This document shows, in pieces, positions 60,766 through 64,000 of a stretch of 64,000 nucleotides of DNA. The position numbers and the translations under genes were made by a program. Each line of letters begins with the position of its first letter. Within the stretch, counting starts at the first letter, position 1. Source of the DNA: Setoptus koraiensis (Eukaryota; Animalia; Arthropoda); assembly GCA_048013815.1 (NCBI GenBank), contig CM106585.1:6882001-6946000 (forward strand), given 5' to 3'. Under the pieces are notes generated by a model. That model did no database searches. It worked only from the letters and a program-made list of their open reading frames with translations, and had not been told where the DNA came from.

Positions 60766-63700
60766 GTATATTGGCACATACACAAGTGAGGGCGGCAATA
60801 TTAGTGCGCGGCGAAACCATTATTGGCGGTGCGAGTTTACCATTAGTGTGAGAGTGTGATTAACGGTTGTCGCGATTTATTAACGGTGTTGTTGTTGGGG
60901 CCAGAGTGTGTGGTGTGCGGTGGGCGCATATAACGATACAAGATACGGGAGGCGCATATAACAAAGTGCAAAGTGAAGAGGGAGAAATTTCATAAGGGGC
61001 GAATAACGACAAGACAACAAACAATTAATTATAGTGATGAGATGCGATAATAATAATATGTTTTATGGCGTAATGGGTGTCCGGTGATTGCAGTCCCGTA
61101 AGCGGCCGGCGAGCGATTACAAAGTGTCATGGTCAGCGAGCGGGGCCCCGAAAAGCAAAAAGCAATAAGCCGAGTTGGCGCAGAGAAAGCAATAAGCAGT
61201 GACTGGCACACGAGAGTATTCACTGAGGCCTTTCACTAACTGACCAGACGACTTTGATTTATTCTATTAATAACGTGGCGTTAATAACAACGCGCGCTCG
61301 CTGGCACGTATTGCCGGCACCTTAGATATTAAGTATTTATTTAGTATTTGCTTGTGTCGCTCACTGTCTCTGCGCCAGCTCACAAGTTGCCAGCCACAAC
61401 AGAGTGCAAGTGACACACACAACGGGTTAAACGGGGCCCCGGCCCCGGCCCCAAGCCCGACAAACAAAGCCGCTCGACAATGGTTGCGGCGCGACCATTA
61501 TTCACCGGCGGCGCGCTACGTGCCAGTGAGATAAGAATGCTGTCTATAAATGCAAAATTGTCAGCGCCACTCACTCAATTGCCGGCTTGTTGGCTGCGGG
61601 CCTATAGGCCAGTCGAGTGACGGCAAGCCAGCCAGCCAAGAAAGAGTTGAGTGGCGAGCAAATCCTCAAAATTGCCAAATTCTCTTGGCCCATTCTTCTC
61701 GATCGATGACGAGCTGCCGGCGCAAAACTCCTATTTGGCCTATTTGCCGGGGCCATATTATATATATAAATAGCGCCAGCTTAGGTAGCGACCCGTAATA
61801 ATCTTTTGGGGCCCCTCTCAAGGGCCCCCATCAACAGACAAGTTGTTGCTGGCAGACGTAAGTGACCATGAAACAGGAAGGGGCGAGCTTGCGTCGCCAT
61901 TGTGAGCTTGAATCATCGTTGTCGTAAGCAGATAGCGAGAGAGAGCGAGCTAACCCAACGGCAATCTAGCACTAATATTATTATAAATAATAACAACCGT
62001 TGCCGTCAACAGCGAGACCAGCGACAGCAGATTGAATGGGCCAGGTCGCTGACTATCTGAGCTTGTCATCAGTGATTTTTCGTCTTGCTTTGCGCTCTCT
62101 GTCTGTCTCTCTATCAATGTCGCTCATCGACAATTGGTAAGTGGATAAAAGAGCGGATAAACGAGCTGACGACTGAAAGCGGCCGGCGCCGTCGAAAGCG
62201 TGCCGATGAAAGCAAACAAAGTGGATAAAGTGGGCGACCTCACAAGTGGGCAACTGCTAGCTGGAAAAAGATGACAATTGAGAGCCACTCGTGACGCCGC
62301 GGCCACTCAATTGCAAACATTTTCAAATGTCGCCGCTTTATCCGATTGGTGTCAACCAGCCAGCTAGCGAGCCAACATTTAATTAAAGTCGCCTAATATT
62401 GTTACCATTGACCCATTGCCCCGTTACCGTTATTATTTGGCCAATCTCGCATTTGCAATATCGACTACAGATACACCAGCAAAAAGATATAGAGCTGGCT
62501 ACGGGTCGAGGGCAGCCCTACAAGCGCTGCCTCGACGCTGTTGACTCGACGCTGTTGACTCGACACTGTCGACTCGACGCTGTCGAGTTAACAGGCACTA
62601 TTAAGGGGGTAGAGCAGTGAAAATTGGGTCGCGGGCCCCAATCGGGTGAGAGAGCCCAATGTAAGAGAGACCCAATTTCCGGCCCAGATAAACTCTCTCT
62701 CAGGCAGCTCGATATCGCTCTTTCACTGGCTGTTGTCGCGGTTCATGTGTGAACATTGGCACTATTATTATATATACAACTGTTATTATTGTTGTTATTA
62801 TTATTATTACTATTATTAATAATATTATTATTGCTATTATTATCATCATTAGCAGTGACACACAGTCCGTTATCTGGCTGCATCTCGTTACAAGCCGGCG
62901 CCGGCTAACTGGCTCGCCGGCTGTGGCTCGATTGCGGCCGGGGGAGCCCAGTCAATACGTTCTTACTACTCGTCTCAATAATAGCCAGTAGCACATATGC
63001 CAACCAACCAACCGGCCGACTGATATTCTAATGGGCAGCAGCAAGTGAGCACTGCCATTATATTATCTGCTGTTATAATAAGATGACAGTCAAGTGACAC
63101 AGCCAACAACAAACAACAACATGACAACAGACTCACTGCCGCCACCCTCTGTCAGCCGGCCCGGCGGCCCACACACACCGGGCAACACTCCCACGCACTT
63201 TGCAAACATCCGACTGTGGCCAGGGATCCTTTTAACTGTCCTTTTTATTTTCTGTGTCGCTCGCAGCTCGTTATTGCTCGGGCCCGGCACACTCAGCGGG
63301 GCCGAGATTTTATCCGAGCGCGACTTATCCGAGCGCAATTTGTCCGATTCAAACGGACAGCAAGAGCATCAAGTGTGTGCCGGCGACAACTAAACCAGCG
63401 CCAGTCGCTGGCTATTCATGTAGCCAGCAATATATGCTGCTGTGTACGCTTTATACAAAGCGACTGGCAAGTGCCGGGCCAGGCCGGCGAGCACCAGAAC
63501 AACATAACGTTATATAACGTGGCTGTGCGGGCCGCTGTCGGCCAATATCACGCTGGCCACCAAACTGGGGCCACCGAGATATTGGAGCCGAGCAAATGCA
63601 GCTCAACGCTCAGTATTTATAGTGGCCAACTGGCGGTCATTAATCAAAACTCTATCGCTGTCTCAGACAATCTCGACAAACACACAACTGTGACCTTACA

Positions 63701-64000
63701 CTCCGCGAGCTCCGCGAACTCCGCGAACTCCGCAAACTCCGCAAACTCCGAGAGCGAACTCGAGGGCGAGAGAGAGAGAGAGAGAGAGGGGCCAGCTAAT
63801 GGATAAGGAAACCGTCATCGAATCTTATAATAAATGAATATTCTGCCTGAGCGGCCAATTGGAAGCCGTGACAGAGCTACGCCCACGCAATCAATCAGCG
63901 ATATCGTTGGCACGGGGGCCAAGGGGCTAACAGCGAAACAATTATTGTGATTTGGTGGCGAATCGCGCCACTCAGCCACGAATGGCGACGTGAATAGCGT

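Overview
This is compact, intron-poor arthropod genomic DNA. The gene density, short introns and Q/N-rich proteins suggest an acariform mite, possibly an eriophyoid, but that is inference only. 1-31 kb holds a dense run of housekeeping genes: mRpL48 (5' part), BRX1, C22orf39-like, a GT64-less EXT1, a spliced lipase, a headless laminin-beta-like protein, STRAD, PDIA3, Rac, a P4-ATPase, a 500-N gap, and an intronless ABCA lacking its extracellular domains. 31.6-42 kb is an accessory, tandemly duplicated zone. It carries three paralogous small secreted peptide genes, several foldback structures, a duplicated DCX-EMAP 3' end, and a 2.2-kb non-autonomous hAT-type element (11-bp TIRs, 8-bp TSD). That element carries a divergent gene pair: a truncated histone H3 mimic with Met at the K9 position, and a half-RING/coiled-coil/chromodomain-like ORF. 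This is the most exciting candidate system here, a possible transposon-borne anti-heterochromatin cassette. 41-64 kb holds DCX-EMAP, EndoG and the last three exons of a large minus-strand gene with long introns. All homology calls come from motif recognition by eye; no database search was run.
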